Origin: Campylobacterota bacterium
Lineage (GTDB): Bacteria; Campylobacterota; Campylobacteria; Campylobacterales; Thiovulaceae
NCBI GenBank assembly: GCA_030152305.1
Contig: JASKOM010000010.1
Coordinates: 10,797 to 74,796, forward strand
DNA length: 64,000 nt
Direction of reading: 5' to 3'
Shown: positions 28,876-38,562 of the stretch, in pieces
How positions within the stretch are numbered: the first letter of the stretch is position 1
How the letters are laid out: each line of letters opens with the position of its first letter
Notes under the pieces: model-generated
The model's database searches: none
Told to the model about the DNA's origin: nothing
Seen by the model: only the letters and a program-made list of their open reading frames with translations
Made by a program: the position numbers and the translations under genes

Positions 28876-31800
28876 TTATTTCTTTTTCTCGATAGTTTGG
28901 TTAAGTTCGTTTGTTGTTAAATAATTTGTTAATACAAAACATTCTGAAGAATCATACAAATCATCAAATGTAGTTTTGTATAACTTTGAATGATTTATAT
29001 CGATTAAAAGAGTTTTTTTATCTCCTACAAATTCGCTTTTTGCAAATTGAATTGTTGCTAAATAAGATGGATTACAGTTTGTGTCTAACGAAAGTTTTCT
29101 TATAACAGGAATATCGCTTGAAACTGATGAGGTCGAAACAGTGTCATAGGCAATTCTAATATACGAGTGATCATATGAACTATTATTATCGTGTGTAAGA
29201 ATTACTCCGTTATCATTTGTAGCACTTGTTGAATATTTACAACTTGAATTATAAATATATGGCTTATTGTCATAAGTATTATTTGTTTCATTAACTTCTA
29301 AAACTGAAGCATTTTTATAAATTGAAAACCAATCTGGAATAAAAGCAATATCAGAAGCTCTAAAATTAGAACCCATTTCTGGATTTCCATCAACTGCAAC
29401 AACTCGCCAATCGCTATTATTTGTATCAAAATCTGGAGCATCAGCACAAATGTTATAAAGCATAAATTTTAAAGTTGTGTTATTGTCGCTATGATCTATT
29501 TCTGTTCCGATTTTGTCATATTGGTAATCTACCGTTGTATTCCTATCTTCATTGTTTGAAGTTGTTGAACTTGACCAATATGTAACATTTAAGTCAATAT
29601 TACAAGCCTTAGATGTATTTTGATCTACCGTAGTTGTTGAACTTGAAACAAACCACCAACCTTGATAACAAATTAGATATTTGCTGGTAGGGTCATTCGT
29701 CGTTACTGTTGTAGAAGCTCCATCTATATACCATCTTAAATTTGCATAAGTAATATTAACTTCTTTATGAGTTAAGTTATTTTCAATAGAAAAATTATAG
29801 TCTTCGTAATTAGTATTGATATTTGCTAATAAAGCCTTTGAAACTATATTCATTGGATATAATTTATTTAAACTATCAGAAAAAGCAAAAGACCAAGCAC
29901 TTTCCTTTTGATCTTGAGTTGTAGCGGAACTATATATACTATAATTTAAAAAAGTAATACCTTGATATAAATTCATACCAATTGTTTTTGGAGAACTTGG
30001 AGTTACTGTTCTTATATAAAACTCATCTACACTGTTGCCATAATAGCCATCGCAACTTCCAACACAAGTTTTATAGTCGTTACTTGCTGTTAAATATTTC
30101 ACCCAATTATTATTAGATGGATCTGTTGCAATTCGATCATCAATTCCAGATTTGTAAATATTAAAACCTGTTATATCGTTAGAGGCTGAACCAATAAATA
30201 AAGTTTTGCCATCAAAAAATTCTAAAACTGGTTTTGCAGGTGGCAAAATATCAAATTCGACCTCATCGCTACCACTATTTCCAAATTCGTCATAAGCTTT
30301 AACTGTAATATTTTGATCATCGAGATTTATATTTTGCAAATCATCTTGATTAAAATTTAATGTATAAAACGAACCACTTCCGATCATTCGATATTCTTTA
30401 CCATGTATATTTGCCGTTACAGTTGTTGATTCCTCGTTATTACTATTTGAAACAGTTGCCGAAAGAGATGCATTAAATAAATTATCAACTGCTCCAGCTG
30501 TTGCGAAATTGCCGTTTGTTTCATTGTTGTTATAGTGTTGAATAAATTCAAGTCCAATTGAGGCATCAACTTTTATATCTGATTTTGTTTGTTGAGCAAT
30601 TCTGACGAAATAGCCATTTTCAATTTCAGTTGAGAAAAGATTATAATCAAAGCTTTCACTAAGCCATTCATCAGCTGGAACTGTTAAATCTAAATATCTC
30701 CAACTTACGGAACTTCCACTATTAACGGCTGTTAATATCGATTTTGCTAAATAGCCATTTTCTCGCATTAAATATAAAACTCCGTCGCTAGTTGGATAAT
30801 CTGGTGTATATATTGGCATATATGTTAAATCATCTGTTAAAGTTTTGACATTTTGCAATGCTACACCGCCAGAGGAATTTATTTCAGTAACATCTGATGA
30901 AAGTAACGAGCTATTTAAGTCAAAAGATAAAAAATAACCCGAAACTGTTAATTTGTCTTTATAGCTATCTTCATCATAACTACAATTTACATAAGCACTT
31001 GGAATTGAAGTATTGTTATTAACAGCTAAAGCAAAAGTTGAACAATCTGTTGATGTTTTTACAAATACACCATCTAATGAAATATTAAAATCTAAAGAAC
31101 CTGCACCAAAAGGATTAGATGGGAAAGCTTTTGGATACTCTAAACTAACAACACTTTTACTTATATCAGCTTTTGCAAGATCATCAATTGAATAAACTTT
31201 TGTTACAGAACCTAAAGCTAATGGATCGCTTGAATAAACTTTTGTAAATATATTCCCAGTTCCGTCTTCTTTTATATCAAAGTTTCGATAATCTGGATTT
31301 ATCGTCGTAACAAAAATTGAAGTGTTGATTTCTGAATTTGTAGAGCTATTTGCATCAAAATCAGTTAGAGCATTATTAATCGCTGTTAAAACTGTTTTTG
31401 TTTCGTTCGAATCACCACTTAAAGTTAAAGAAATTGATGTTTCCGTCGAGTCATCGCCTTTATCAAAATAGACTGTTCTATTCGCTTTTTCATCGATTCT
31501 ATAAACTTTTGTAAAAGTGTTATCTAGCACATAAAACGGCGAACTTCCAACAATTAAAATTGAATCGTTTTGATCATTTAAATCAAGATCTAAAATCGTA
31601 GCTTTGTAATTTGAACCTAAAGCTGTTGTTACTTGCGATAACAAACTTTTAATTCTATTTCCTGAAACAGTTAAATTAAAACTTGTGTCATTAACCGACA
31701 TTTTGCCTTTATTTGTATATGCTGAATGAAGCGAACCACTAACATTGCCTTCACCGTCGTTATTAACTGTAACAACTAAACCGTATTCACCGTATTTTGA

Positions 31801-33273
31801 CGAAACAATAGAAGTTGTTAAATTTGAAGATATGGACACTTTATTTATTGTCCAAACTTTACTAATAACATCATCTGTTGCACTTGAACTATTTAAATCA
31901 GCAATTTTAAATCTTTTGTCAGATAAAAGAGTTACATTTCCGTCGCCACTAGAAAAAGCCCGAATATTAAAACTTTTGGAAACATTACCTTCATCGATTG
32001 CTCTTGCAATTGCCATATTTGTTGATTTCGCAAATTCAGTCGCATTGACATCTGTATTTCCATTTGCTGAATATAATCTAACAAAAACTTTCTCTTTTTC
32101 AAGTTCGTCATAAATCGTATATTCAGCTTTTCCAGATGATGAAATTGTGTTTATTTCTAAAATTAAACCTGTTGGCGAATGACGAATATATCCGTCAGGA
32201 AATGAAAGCATTCTCCAACCGTCCGAACCACTTAAAAGAGAATGACCAGATTGACGAGAAGTTTTATAAGTTCCGTTTGAGTTTTGAGCATTTCCGCCTA
32301 AATTAGATTTGTCTGATAAAATTGTTGAGTTTCCGTATAAATCGCTATTTATCCAGCCATCGCCAAATACAAAACCTTTATTTGAACCGTTTCGTTCTGA
32401 ACTTGTCGAAGAAAAATAGACCCAATATCCGCTTCCTGCAACAAGTGAATCAAAGTCATTTGCCGAATCGCTAATATTCGAGAAAAAGCTTTCCCAACCG
32501 CTTAAACTTCCGTCAAGTCGAAATATTTTTAATTTATCATAACTGCTTAACTTAGAAATATTTGAACTATATGAAAAATCATAAATTTCTCCAGATTGCC
32601 CATCTTTACCTGTATTATCTGAAAGATTCATATCAAAAATATCTCTAATCTTGAAAGTGTATTTATCGCTTGTTGTTTTTATCGTTTTTAATACATATGG
32701 ATTTGCTGAACCGTATGCTGAATTAAAATAGCCATATAAATGTTGAGTTGTTCCACTGCTTTTTACAGTTTTTACATAAAACATTTCACCTTCGAGATCT
32801 GACTGATATGAAATATTTATATCCGATGAGGTAGCTAAACCAGTTGTTGAAAGATACATTTTTCTTCGTGGCAAATCAGGATCTAAAACTTTATTTCCTA
32901 ATTCAGCCGAAACTGTAACATTCATGTCTCCGTCAGTTGATGCTTTAGTGCTAACAATAAAACCGACCATATGTTTTGATGAATTATATTCATCTTGTAA
33001 AGCATTGCCATCAATACCCATAATTTTATTTGAATGCAATGAGTTATTCGTATCACTCCACCAATAACCTTGACCTGTTGTTTTTATTTCACCAGTTCCT
33101 GAACCTTCCATAAAAGCCCCTGGAACTCCAATTAATGTCCAAACACCAGTTGGAATATGAACTTCGACTAAATTATTAGCCAACATTGGAACCGTCAAAA
33201 GCGACAAAGCTCCAATTTTTAACGATAATTTCTTAGTCATCAAAGTTAAATACGACATCTTCGTTCTCCTCAA
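28876..33273 (-). CDS. Giant (about 1450 aa) secreted Asn/Ser/Thr-rich surface protein, dense in D/E-X-N-X-S/T sequons
   Basis: The signal peptide MTKKLSLKIGALSLLTVPMLA suggests a true start at 33240, overlapping the upstream stop as ATGACTAA. I count 32 extended sequons by hand. GVWTLIGVP...GYWW and GSGYWVYF modules are present. Confidence 0.75.
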   Translation of the reverse strand: MRRTKMSYLTLMTKKLSLKIGALSLLTVPMLANNLVEVHIPTGVWTLIGVPGAFMEGSGTGEIKTTGQGYWWSDTNNSLHSNKIMGIDGNALQDEYNSSKHMVGFIVSTKASTDGDMNVTVSAELGNKVLDPDLPRRKMYLSTTGLATSSDINISYQSDLEGEMFYVKTVKSSGTTQHLYGYFNSAYGSANPYVLKTIKTTSDKYTFKIRDIFDMNLSDNTGKDGQSGEIYDFSYSSNISKLSSYDKLKIFRLDGSLSGWESFFSNISDSANDFDSLVAGSGYWVYFSSTSSERNGSNKGFVFGDGWINSDLYGNSTILSDKSNLGGNAQNSNGTYKTSRQSGHSLLSGSDGWRMLSFPDGYIRHSPTGLILEINTISSSGKAEYTIYDELEKEKVFVRLYSANGNTDVNATEFAKSTNMAIARAIDEGNVSKSFNIRAFSSGDGNVTLLSDKRFKIADLNSSSATDDVISKVWTINKVSISSNLTTSIVSSKYGEYGLVVTVNNDGEGNVSGSLHSAYTNKGKMSVNDTSFNLTVSGNRIKSLLSQVTTALGSNYKATILDLDLNDQNDSILIVGSSPFYVLDNTFTKVYRIDEKANRTVYFDKGDDSTETSISLTLSGDSNETKTVLTAINNALTDFDANSSTNSEINTSIFVTTINPDYRNFDIKEDGTGNIFTKVYSSDPLALGSVTKVYSIDDLAKADISKSVVSLEYPKAFPSNPFGAGSLDFNISLDGVFVKTSTDCSTFALAVNNNTSIPSAYVNCSYDEDSYKDKLTVSGYFLSFDLNSSLLSSDVTEINSSGGVALQNVKTLTDDLTYMPIYTPDYPTSDGVLYLMRENGYLAKSILTAVNSGSSVSWRYLDLTVPADEWLSESFDYNLFSTEIENGYFVRIAQQTKSDIKVDASIGLEFIQHYNNNETNGNFATAGAVDNLFNASLSATVSNSNNEESTTVTANIHGKEYRMIGSGSFYTLNFNQDDLQNINLDDQNITVKAYDEFGNSGSDEVEFDILPPAKPVLEFFDGKTLFIGSASNDITGFNIYKSGIDDRIATDPSNNNWVKYLTASNDYKTCVGSCDGYYGNSVDEFYIRTVTPSSPKTIGMNLYQGITFLNYSIYSSATTQDQKESAWSFAFSDSLNKLYPMNIVSKALLANINTNYEDYNFSIENNLTHKEVNITYANLRWYIDGASTTVTTNDPTSKYLICYQGWWFVSSSTTTVDQNTSKACNIDLNVTYWSSSTTSNNEDRNTTVDYQYDKIGTEIDHSDNNTTLKFMLYNICADAPDFDTNNSDWRVVAVDGNPEMGSNFRASDIAFIPDWFSIYKNASVLEVNETNNTYDNKPYIYNSSCKYSTSATNDNGVILTHDNNSSYDHSYIRIAYDTVSTSSVSSDIPVIRKLSLDTNCNPSYLATIQFAKSEFVGDKKTLLIDINHSKLYKTTFDDLYDSSECFVLTNYLTTNELNQTIEKKK

Positions 33274-33913
33274 CTTTATCTAAATAATAATCATAAACAT
33301 TCGTATATATTTCTGGTTTCTCGACATGAAATATTTTCTCGACATCAGAATCAAGAAACGAATAAATTAAATCTGGAATAATCGGTGTTGCAATATATTG
33401 AACAACATCAAATCTATTTTCGATTGACCTCATCGCACATTGAACTCTCAAACCAGTTTCAACACTTTCATCAACGAAAACAACATTTTTTATATTTTTT
33501 TCGATATTTAATAAATTATCAGAATTTCGTTCTTTTTGTAATTTAGGCATTAATTTATAATTAAAAATTACATCAATGGCTTTATCAAGAATATGTTTAT
33601 CGATTTGAAAAAAATCTCGAAGAACTTCATCAACGACTATATCTTTAAATTCGCTGATCATTGCAATTTTGCAATCGACATTTAATTGACAATATACCGA
33701 TTCGATATAAAATCGTTCCCAGCGAATATTTAATTTTTCAGATAGACCTTTTGCGATAATATCACCATTATCAGAAATCGATAACAAAAGCCATTCATCA
33801 CGATTAATATCTTTTGGAAAAACTTCTGATAATTTATATATTGCATCATTTATATTTTTAAACGGTTTCATATGTCTTAACATTTTAAAATACACTCCCC
33901 ATGCTTCCAGCAA
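33233..33913 (-). CDS. Phosphoribosyltransferase-like protein (COG1926-type)
   Basis: PRPP-loop-like motif NVVFVDESVETGLRV with an upstream ...DIVVDEVL... layout. The true start is probably an internal Met (MLRHMKPF). Confidence 0.45.
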   Translation of the reverse strand: MLEAWGVYFKMLRHMKPFKNINDAIYKLSEVFPKDINRDEWLLLSISDNGDIIAKGLSEKLNIRWERFYIESVYCQLNVDCKIAMISEFKDIVVDEVLRDFFQIDKHILDKAIDVIFNYKLMPKLQKERNSDNLLNIEKNIKNVVFVDESVETGLRVQCAMRSIENRFDVVQYIATPIIPDLIYSFLDSDVEKIFHVEKPEIYTNVYDYYLDKVEENEDVVFNFDD

Positions 33914-35282
33914 GAATTTTTAAATCATTATCAATAAAATAGAATCCAAGACCAAAACTTAAACTTCGATCATCGTTTAATAAATTTGTAGCACCTGTGT
34001 ATAAATCGATATGATCATAAATACGATATCGGAAAAGAGTTCTTAAATTTGCATATTTATTTCTCAAATCATTAACGGCATTAAAATCAAACACTTCGCC
34101 ACTAATTCGCCATTTATCACCAGCTCCAAAATATTCTGCTCCAAATCCGCCAGTGCTTTCGATTAAACCAGCTCGAAAAAGCCAATTGCCATATTTTTTT
34201 CCATATTGCAACGAAAATAAAGTTTTACCTTCGTCGTGTAATTTATAATTATTCACATTGCCATTTTCGTTAATTTCACTGTAATCAGGCGAAGAAACAA
34301 GACTTAATAAATAATAAGTTTCTGGATTTGGCAAATATGAAATAGATGTAGTTGTTGAGATCGTTTTATCTCTTAAATTATATTCGCCACGGCTTGAAAG
34401 CTGAATTTGTGATTCTGTAATTGACGATAAAATCTTGTCAAGTTTTTTAATCGATTCTTCACCTTTTGTGAAAAAATCACCAAAAGAATTTAAACTTTTA
34501 TTTAATGGCTGTCTATTTTCTGCAACTGTTTCATTTAATTCAGAAACAAGAGATTTAACAGAAGTTAATATTTCAGGAAGTTCATTATCAAGAGTTGTGC
34601 CGACACTTTTATATTTTTCGAGAGTTTGTTCAAACGAACGAATAACTTCAGGCAATCGAGCTGAAAAAATAGCAAAATTTTCAGAAGTTTTTTCGAAACC
34701 TTTAACAGTATTTTTAACACCAAGTCGATTTTCTCGAACTATTTCACGAATATCTTTTAATAAAAGAGCAATATCAGAAATAGCATTTTTTATTTCATTT
34801 CGACTATCTTCATTTAAAGTCGCTCGAACTTCTTGAGCTAATTTTTTAAATTCTTCGGAGGCTTGATAAATGCTATCGCTAGTTTTTTCAAAAGAAGCAA
34901 GAGTTTTATAATTATTTAATGATTCACCGTTTGCTAAATTTTTATCGCTTTTACCTCGAAATATCGAAATAATTTTGCCACCTAAAAGCGATTCTTGAGA
35001 TAAATAAATTTCTGAATCATTAGGAACTTCATAGCCATTATCGATTAATAAATTTAAAACGACTTTATCACCAGATAACGAAAAACTTTCAAGCCGACCG
35101 ATATTTATACCGTTCATTTTGACTCGCGAATTTACTTCTAAGCCTGTTGAATCGTCAACAACAGCTCGAACACGATAGCCTTCAGCTCCCATGTTTTTAA
35201 ATTCACTTACTTGTGTCGTTAAAACAAAAAGCATTCCAACTATTAAAACGACAAAAAACCCAACTTTAGCCTCGAGGCTCAT
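33885..35282 (-). CDS. MlaD/MCE-domain protein with a long helical region and a beta-rich C-terminus
   Basis: N-terminal TM helix (VGFFVVLIVGMLFVL). The MCE domain is GYRVRAVVDDSTGLEVNSRVKMNGINIGRLESFSL, followed by a coiled-coil segment. Confidence 0.7.
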   Translation of the reverse strand: MSLEAKVGFFVVLIVGMLFVLTTQVSEFKNMGAEGYRVRAVVDDSTGLEVNSRVKMNGINIGRLESFSLSGDKVVLNLLIDNGYEVPNDSEIYLSQESLLGGKIISIFRGKSDKNLANGESLNNYKTLASFEKTSDSIYQASEEFKKLAQEVRATLNEDSRNEIKNAISDIALLLKDIREIVRENRLGVKNTVKGFEKTSENFAIFSARLPEVIRSFEQTLEKYKSVGTTLDNELPEILTSVKSLVSELNETVAENRQPLNKSLNSFGDFFTKGEESIKKLDKILSSITESQIQLSSRGEYNLRDKTISTTTSISYLPNPETYYLLSLVSSPDYSEINENGNVNNYKLHDEGKTLFSLQYGKKYGNWLFRAGLIESTGGFGAEYFGAGDKWRISGEVFDFNAVNDLRNKYANLRTLFRYRIYDHIDLYTGATNLLNDDRSLSFGLGFYFIDNDLKILAGSMGSVF

Positions 35283-35419
35283 ACTAAAACCTTTTTTTAC
35301 AATTTTAACAAAAAGATATATATTTAACTTAAGTTTTTTAATTAAAGTTAATTTTGGTAAATTTACGATTATTGAACCAAACTTGATAATATAAAAAATA
35401 GATTGGAAAATTAATTAAC

Positions 35420-35887
35420 ATGAAAAAAATAGCATTTATGTCAATAATTTCATTGGCAACATCGTCTGCATTGTTTTCGTTTAACTTCGATGAAAATCAT
35501 CTTGACGAAATAAATAAAAAGTTCGGCATTTTCGCAAAATCATTATTTGATGGCAAAATTAATAATTATCCTGCAATGAATATTTATGAACGAGATTCTG
35601 ATTATTTAATCGAATTAGAAATTATCGGAATTAATCAAAATGATATGGAAGTTTCCATATCTGATAATCGTATTTTGTCTATCTCTGGAAATAAACCAGA
35701 TTTTAATCGAACAGATTCAAAAGTGCTTCGAGAAGAAAGATTTGTCGGTAAGTTTCAACGAGAAATCGTTTTGCCAAATGATATCGATAGTGCATCTATT
35801 GATGTAAAAAATGAAAACGGAATTCTAAAAATTACTGTTTTAAAAGATATTAAAAAAACTGGCAAAAGAGTTATTCCTATAAAATAA
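35420..35887 (+). CDS. Hsp20/alpha-crystallin small heat-shock protein (with a signal-like N-terminus)
   Basis: Alpha-crystallin domain: PAMNIYERDSDYLIELEIIGI...ISGNK...FVGKFQREIVLPNDID...NGILKITV. Confidence 0.75.
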   Translation: MKKIAFMSIISLATSSALFSFNFDENHLDEINKKFGIFAKSLFDGKINNYPAMNIYERDSDYLIELEIIGINQNDMEVSISDNRILSISGNKPDFNRTDSKVLREERFVGKFQREIVLPNDIDSASIDVKNENGILKITVLKDIKKTGKRVIPIK

Positions 35888-35893
35888 TATATT

Positions 35894-35925
35894 CACAAAT
35901 AAAAAAATCATTTTTTTTATTTGTG
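35894..35925 (+). terminator. AT-rich hairpin terminator after the hsp20 gene
   Basis: CACAAATAAAAAAA-tca-TTTTTTTTATTTGTG followed by TTT. Confidence 0.4.
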
Positions 35926-36010
35926 TTTCTTAAGTCTATTTTGTTTATATGAGTTTTAAACTTTGTTTTTAGATAAAATAAGCAAAGAAAAATAAAGGGT
36001 TGGAGAATTC

Positions 36011-38560
36011 ATGAAAATTTTGCTTTACAATCAAAATCCTGTTGTTGAAAGGCTGGTTGTTTTAAGTGCCAAAAAAAGTGGGGATAAAGTTATCAATACA
36101 AGAAGTCTTGACGAACTTATTCCAGAAGAAGTAGATTTACTTTTAATCGATGATGATGTTTTTATCATTGATGAAAATTCTTTTAATGTAATTAAAAGTA
36201 AAATAAAATTTAAAAAAAGCTGTTTAATTATTTCACGAAATAGTCATGTTTCAAAAAATGATTTTGATGATACTTTACAAAAACCTTTTTTACCAACAGA
36301 TTTAGTTGCAGAATTAGAAAAAATGAAAAAAGCTTCTGAAGAAGCTAAAGTTCCAGAAGAAAGTCCTATCGATGGGCTTGATTTTGACAGTTTAAGTAAA
36401 ATTGATTCTATTGAAAAAAATAATCAATCACAAATTACAGAAGAATTAAATTTAGATGGACTTCTCGGAGATTATGATTCTGATAATGACAATAGCCAAA
36501 ATATAAATTCTGGTCATTTAGATAATGATGATAATATTAAGTTGTCATTAGATGATTTAGATTTAGACAAAGATATAACACCATTATCACATATAACAGA
36601 AAATAATTCTTTGAAAAATAATGTTCCTCAAGAACAAGTTTTGTCAAAAACAAATGATCAAGATTTAGAATTAGATTTAGCTTTAAAAGAGTTAGAAACA
36701 GATGATCTTAAAAAATCAACTTCCGAATCAGTCGTTACCTCATCGACAGTTTTAAATTCTATAACAACAAAAGATAATCAAGAAATTTCACCTGTATCAA
36801 TTATTCAAGATGATGATTTCGAAGTTGACTTAGCTTTGCAAGAACTTGACGAAGAAACAAAACCAACTCAAACAGTTCAAGCTAAAAAAGTAGATTTATC
36901 GATTGATGATGAATTAGATGATTTAGAAAAAGAGATGATTCAACTTAATAACGAAGACGAATTATTACTCGCTCCGAAAGTCGAAAATGTTCAAACTAAA
37001 AAAGATGAATTAGATGATTTAGAAAAAGAGATGATTCAACTTAATAACGAAGACGAATTATTACTCGCTCCGAAAGTCGAAAATGTTCAAACTAAAAAAG
37101 ATGAATTATCGATTGATGACGAATTAGATAATTTAGAAAAAGAACTTGCAAAGCTTGATTCAATTGAAAAAGAAAATGCTGATTTTGTTTCTAATATTCA
37201 AACTACTAAAGTCGCAACTAACGAAACTAAACAAGAAATGTCTTTTATTAATGATGATATTGATTTAAATATCAAAGATCTTGATAATGACGATGAAATT
37301 GAGTTAATTACTCCAGAAATCAAGATTGATATCGATGAAGTCGAAACTCCAAAAGTTGAAATCGTTGAAAAAATAGTCGAACCAAAACAAGAAGTCGAAA
37401 CTCCAAAAGTTGAAATCGTTGAAAAAATAGTCGAACCAAAACAAGAAGTCGAAACTCCAAAAGTTGAAATCGCTGAAAAAATAGTCGAAACAAAACAAGA
37501 AGTCGAAACTCCAAAAGTTGAAATCGCTGAAAAAATAGTCGAACCAAAACAAGAAATCGAAACTCCAAAAGTTGAAATCGCTGAAAAAATAGTCGAACCA
37601 AAACAAGAAATCGAAACTCCAAAAGTTGAAATCGCTGAAAAAATAGTCGAACCAAAACAAGAAGTCGAAACTCCAAAAGTTGAAATCGCTGAAAAAATAG
37701 TCGAACCAAAACAAGAAATCGAAACTCCAAAAGTTGAAATCGCTGAAAAAATAGTTGAATCAAAACAAGAAGTCGAAACTCCAAAAGTTGAAATCGCTGA
37801 AAAAATAGTTGAATCAAAACAAGAAGTTGAAACTCCAAAAGTTGAAATCGCTGAAAAAATAGTTGAATCAAAACAAGAAGTCGAAACTCCAAAAGTTGAA
37901 ATCGTTGAAAAAATAGTCGAACCAAAACAAGAAATCGAAACTCCAAAAGTTGAAATCGCTGAAAAAATAGTCGAACCAAAACAAGAAATAGAAAGTTCAG
38001 TTTCTCTTGAAACTGTTGGTGCAGTTGCTTTAGTTGGTGCAGGAATCGGTGCAATGGCTTTAATGTCTTCAAAAGAACAAAATGAAAAAGTTGAAATAAA
38101 AGAAATAAAATCAGAACCTAAACAGGAATATAAATTGAACTTAAAACCTAAAGATAGATTTGAAATTGATAAAGAAGCAGATTCTCTTGATAAAATTTCC
38201 GAAGTTTCAATTGGTAAAGCCGTCGGACAAATTATTGAAGAACCAGTTATCGAAACTCCAGTAATTGAAGAACCTGTTATCGTTAAAACTGAAGAATTAA
38301 AAAAAGTTGATGCAAAAATTGAAGAACAACAAACCGTTGAAATTCAATCTTTGTCATCGTTAGTCAAAGAAAGTGAGCACAAAATAGAACCAAAAATCGA
38401 ACATGAATCTAAGGTTCAAGAAATAAAAATCGAATCTGATAAAAAAGAGAGCGATCTTGAAACGATTATTGCTCTTTTAAAACAGCTTGATTCTGTTGGA
38501 CTTAAAAAAGTTTTAAGTGGAATGGAACTTAATATTTCTATAAAATTTAAGGAGATTTAA
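36011..38560 (+). CDS. Highly acidic poly-E/repeat protein with a pseudo-receiver N-terminus and one TM segment
   Basis: 849 aa. The N-terminus is CheY-like (DLLLIDDDV...LQKPFLPTDLV). It has long D/E-rich sequence, 12 tandem 18-aa repeats and the TM segment VGAVALVGAGIGAMALM. It sits directly upstream of gmk. Confidence 0.8.
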   Translation: MKILLYNQNPVVERLVVLSAKKSGDKVINTRSLDELIPEEVDLLLIDDDVFIIDENSFNVIKSKIKFKKSCLIISRNSHVSKNDFDDTLQKPFLPTDLVAELEKMKKASEEAKVPEESPIDGLDFDSLSKIDSIEKNNQSQITEELNLDGLLGDYDSDNDNSQNINSGHLDNDDNIKLSLDDLDLDKDITPLSHITENNSLKNNVPQEQVLSKTNDQDLELDLALKELETDDLKKSTSESVVTSSTVLNSITTKDNQEISPVSIIQDDDFEVDLALQELDEETKPTQTVQAKKVDLSIDDELDDLEKEMIQLNNEDELLLAPKVENVQTKKDELDDLEKEMIQLNNEDELLLAPKVENVQTKKDELSIDDELDNLEKELAKLDSIEKENADFVSNIQTTKVATNETKQEMSFINDDIDLNIKDLDNDDEIELITPEIKIDIDEVETPKVEIVEKIVEPKQEVETPKVEIVEKIVEPKQEVETPKVEIAEKIVETKQEVETPKVEIAEKIVEPKQEIETPKVEIAEKIVEPKQEIETPKVEIAEKIVEPKQEVETPKVEIAEKIVEPKQEIETPKVEIAEKIVESKQEVETPKVEIAEKIVESKQEVETPKVEIAEKIVESKQEVETPKVEIVEKIVEPKQEIETPKVEIAEKIVEPKQEIESSVSLETVGAVALVGAGIGAMALMSSKEQNEKVEIKEIKSEPKQEYKLNLKPKDRFEIDKEADSLDKISEVSIGKAVGQIIEEPVIETPVIEEPVIVKTEELKKVDAKIEEQQTVEIQSLSSLVKESEHKIEPKIEHESKVQEIKIESDKKESDLETIIALLKQLDSVGLKKVLSGMELNISIKFKEI
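36908..37099 (+). repeat. 2 x 96-nt tandem duplication (32 aa: DELDDLEKEMIQLNNEDELLLAPKVENVQTKK)
   Basis: Identical units start at 36908 and 37004, with a partial third unit after 37100. Confidence 0.85.
37337..37984 (+). repeat. 12 x 54-nt in-frame tandem repeat (18 aa: E[VI]ETPKVEI[AV]EKIVE[PST]KQ)
   Basis: Counted from the sequence and translation. Variant units occur in runs (V/I at residue 2, A/V at residue 10, P/S/T at residue 16). Confidence 0.95.
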
Positions 38561-38562
38561 TT

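Noticed and set aside
37337-37984. Regular 54-nt repeat array considered as a possible CRISPR array
   Set aside because: The units are directly adjacent with no spacers, are in frame within a long ORF, and encode a coherent 18-aa peptide repeat. No cas genes flank it.
37304-38072. Two long minus-strand ORFs (136 and 250 aa) with striking FWFDYFFSDFNFWSFD and LLEFRLLVLV periodicity
   Set aside because: They are antisense read-throughs of the 54-nt tandem repeat in the poly-E gene. The periodicity is inherited from the sense-strand repeat. The sense ORF is continuous over 849 aa with a conserved context next to gmk.
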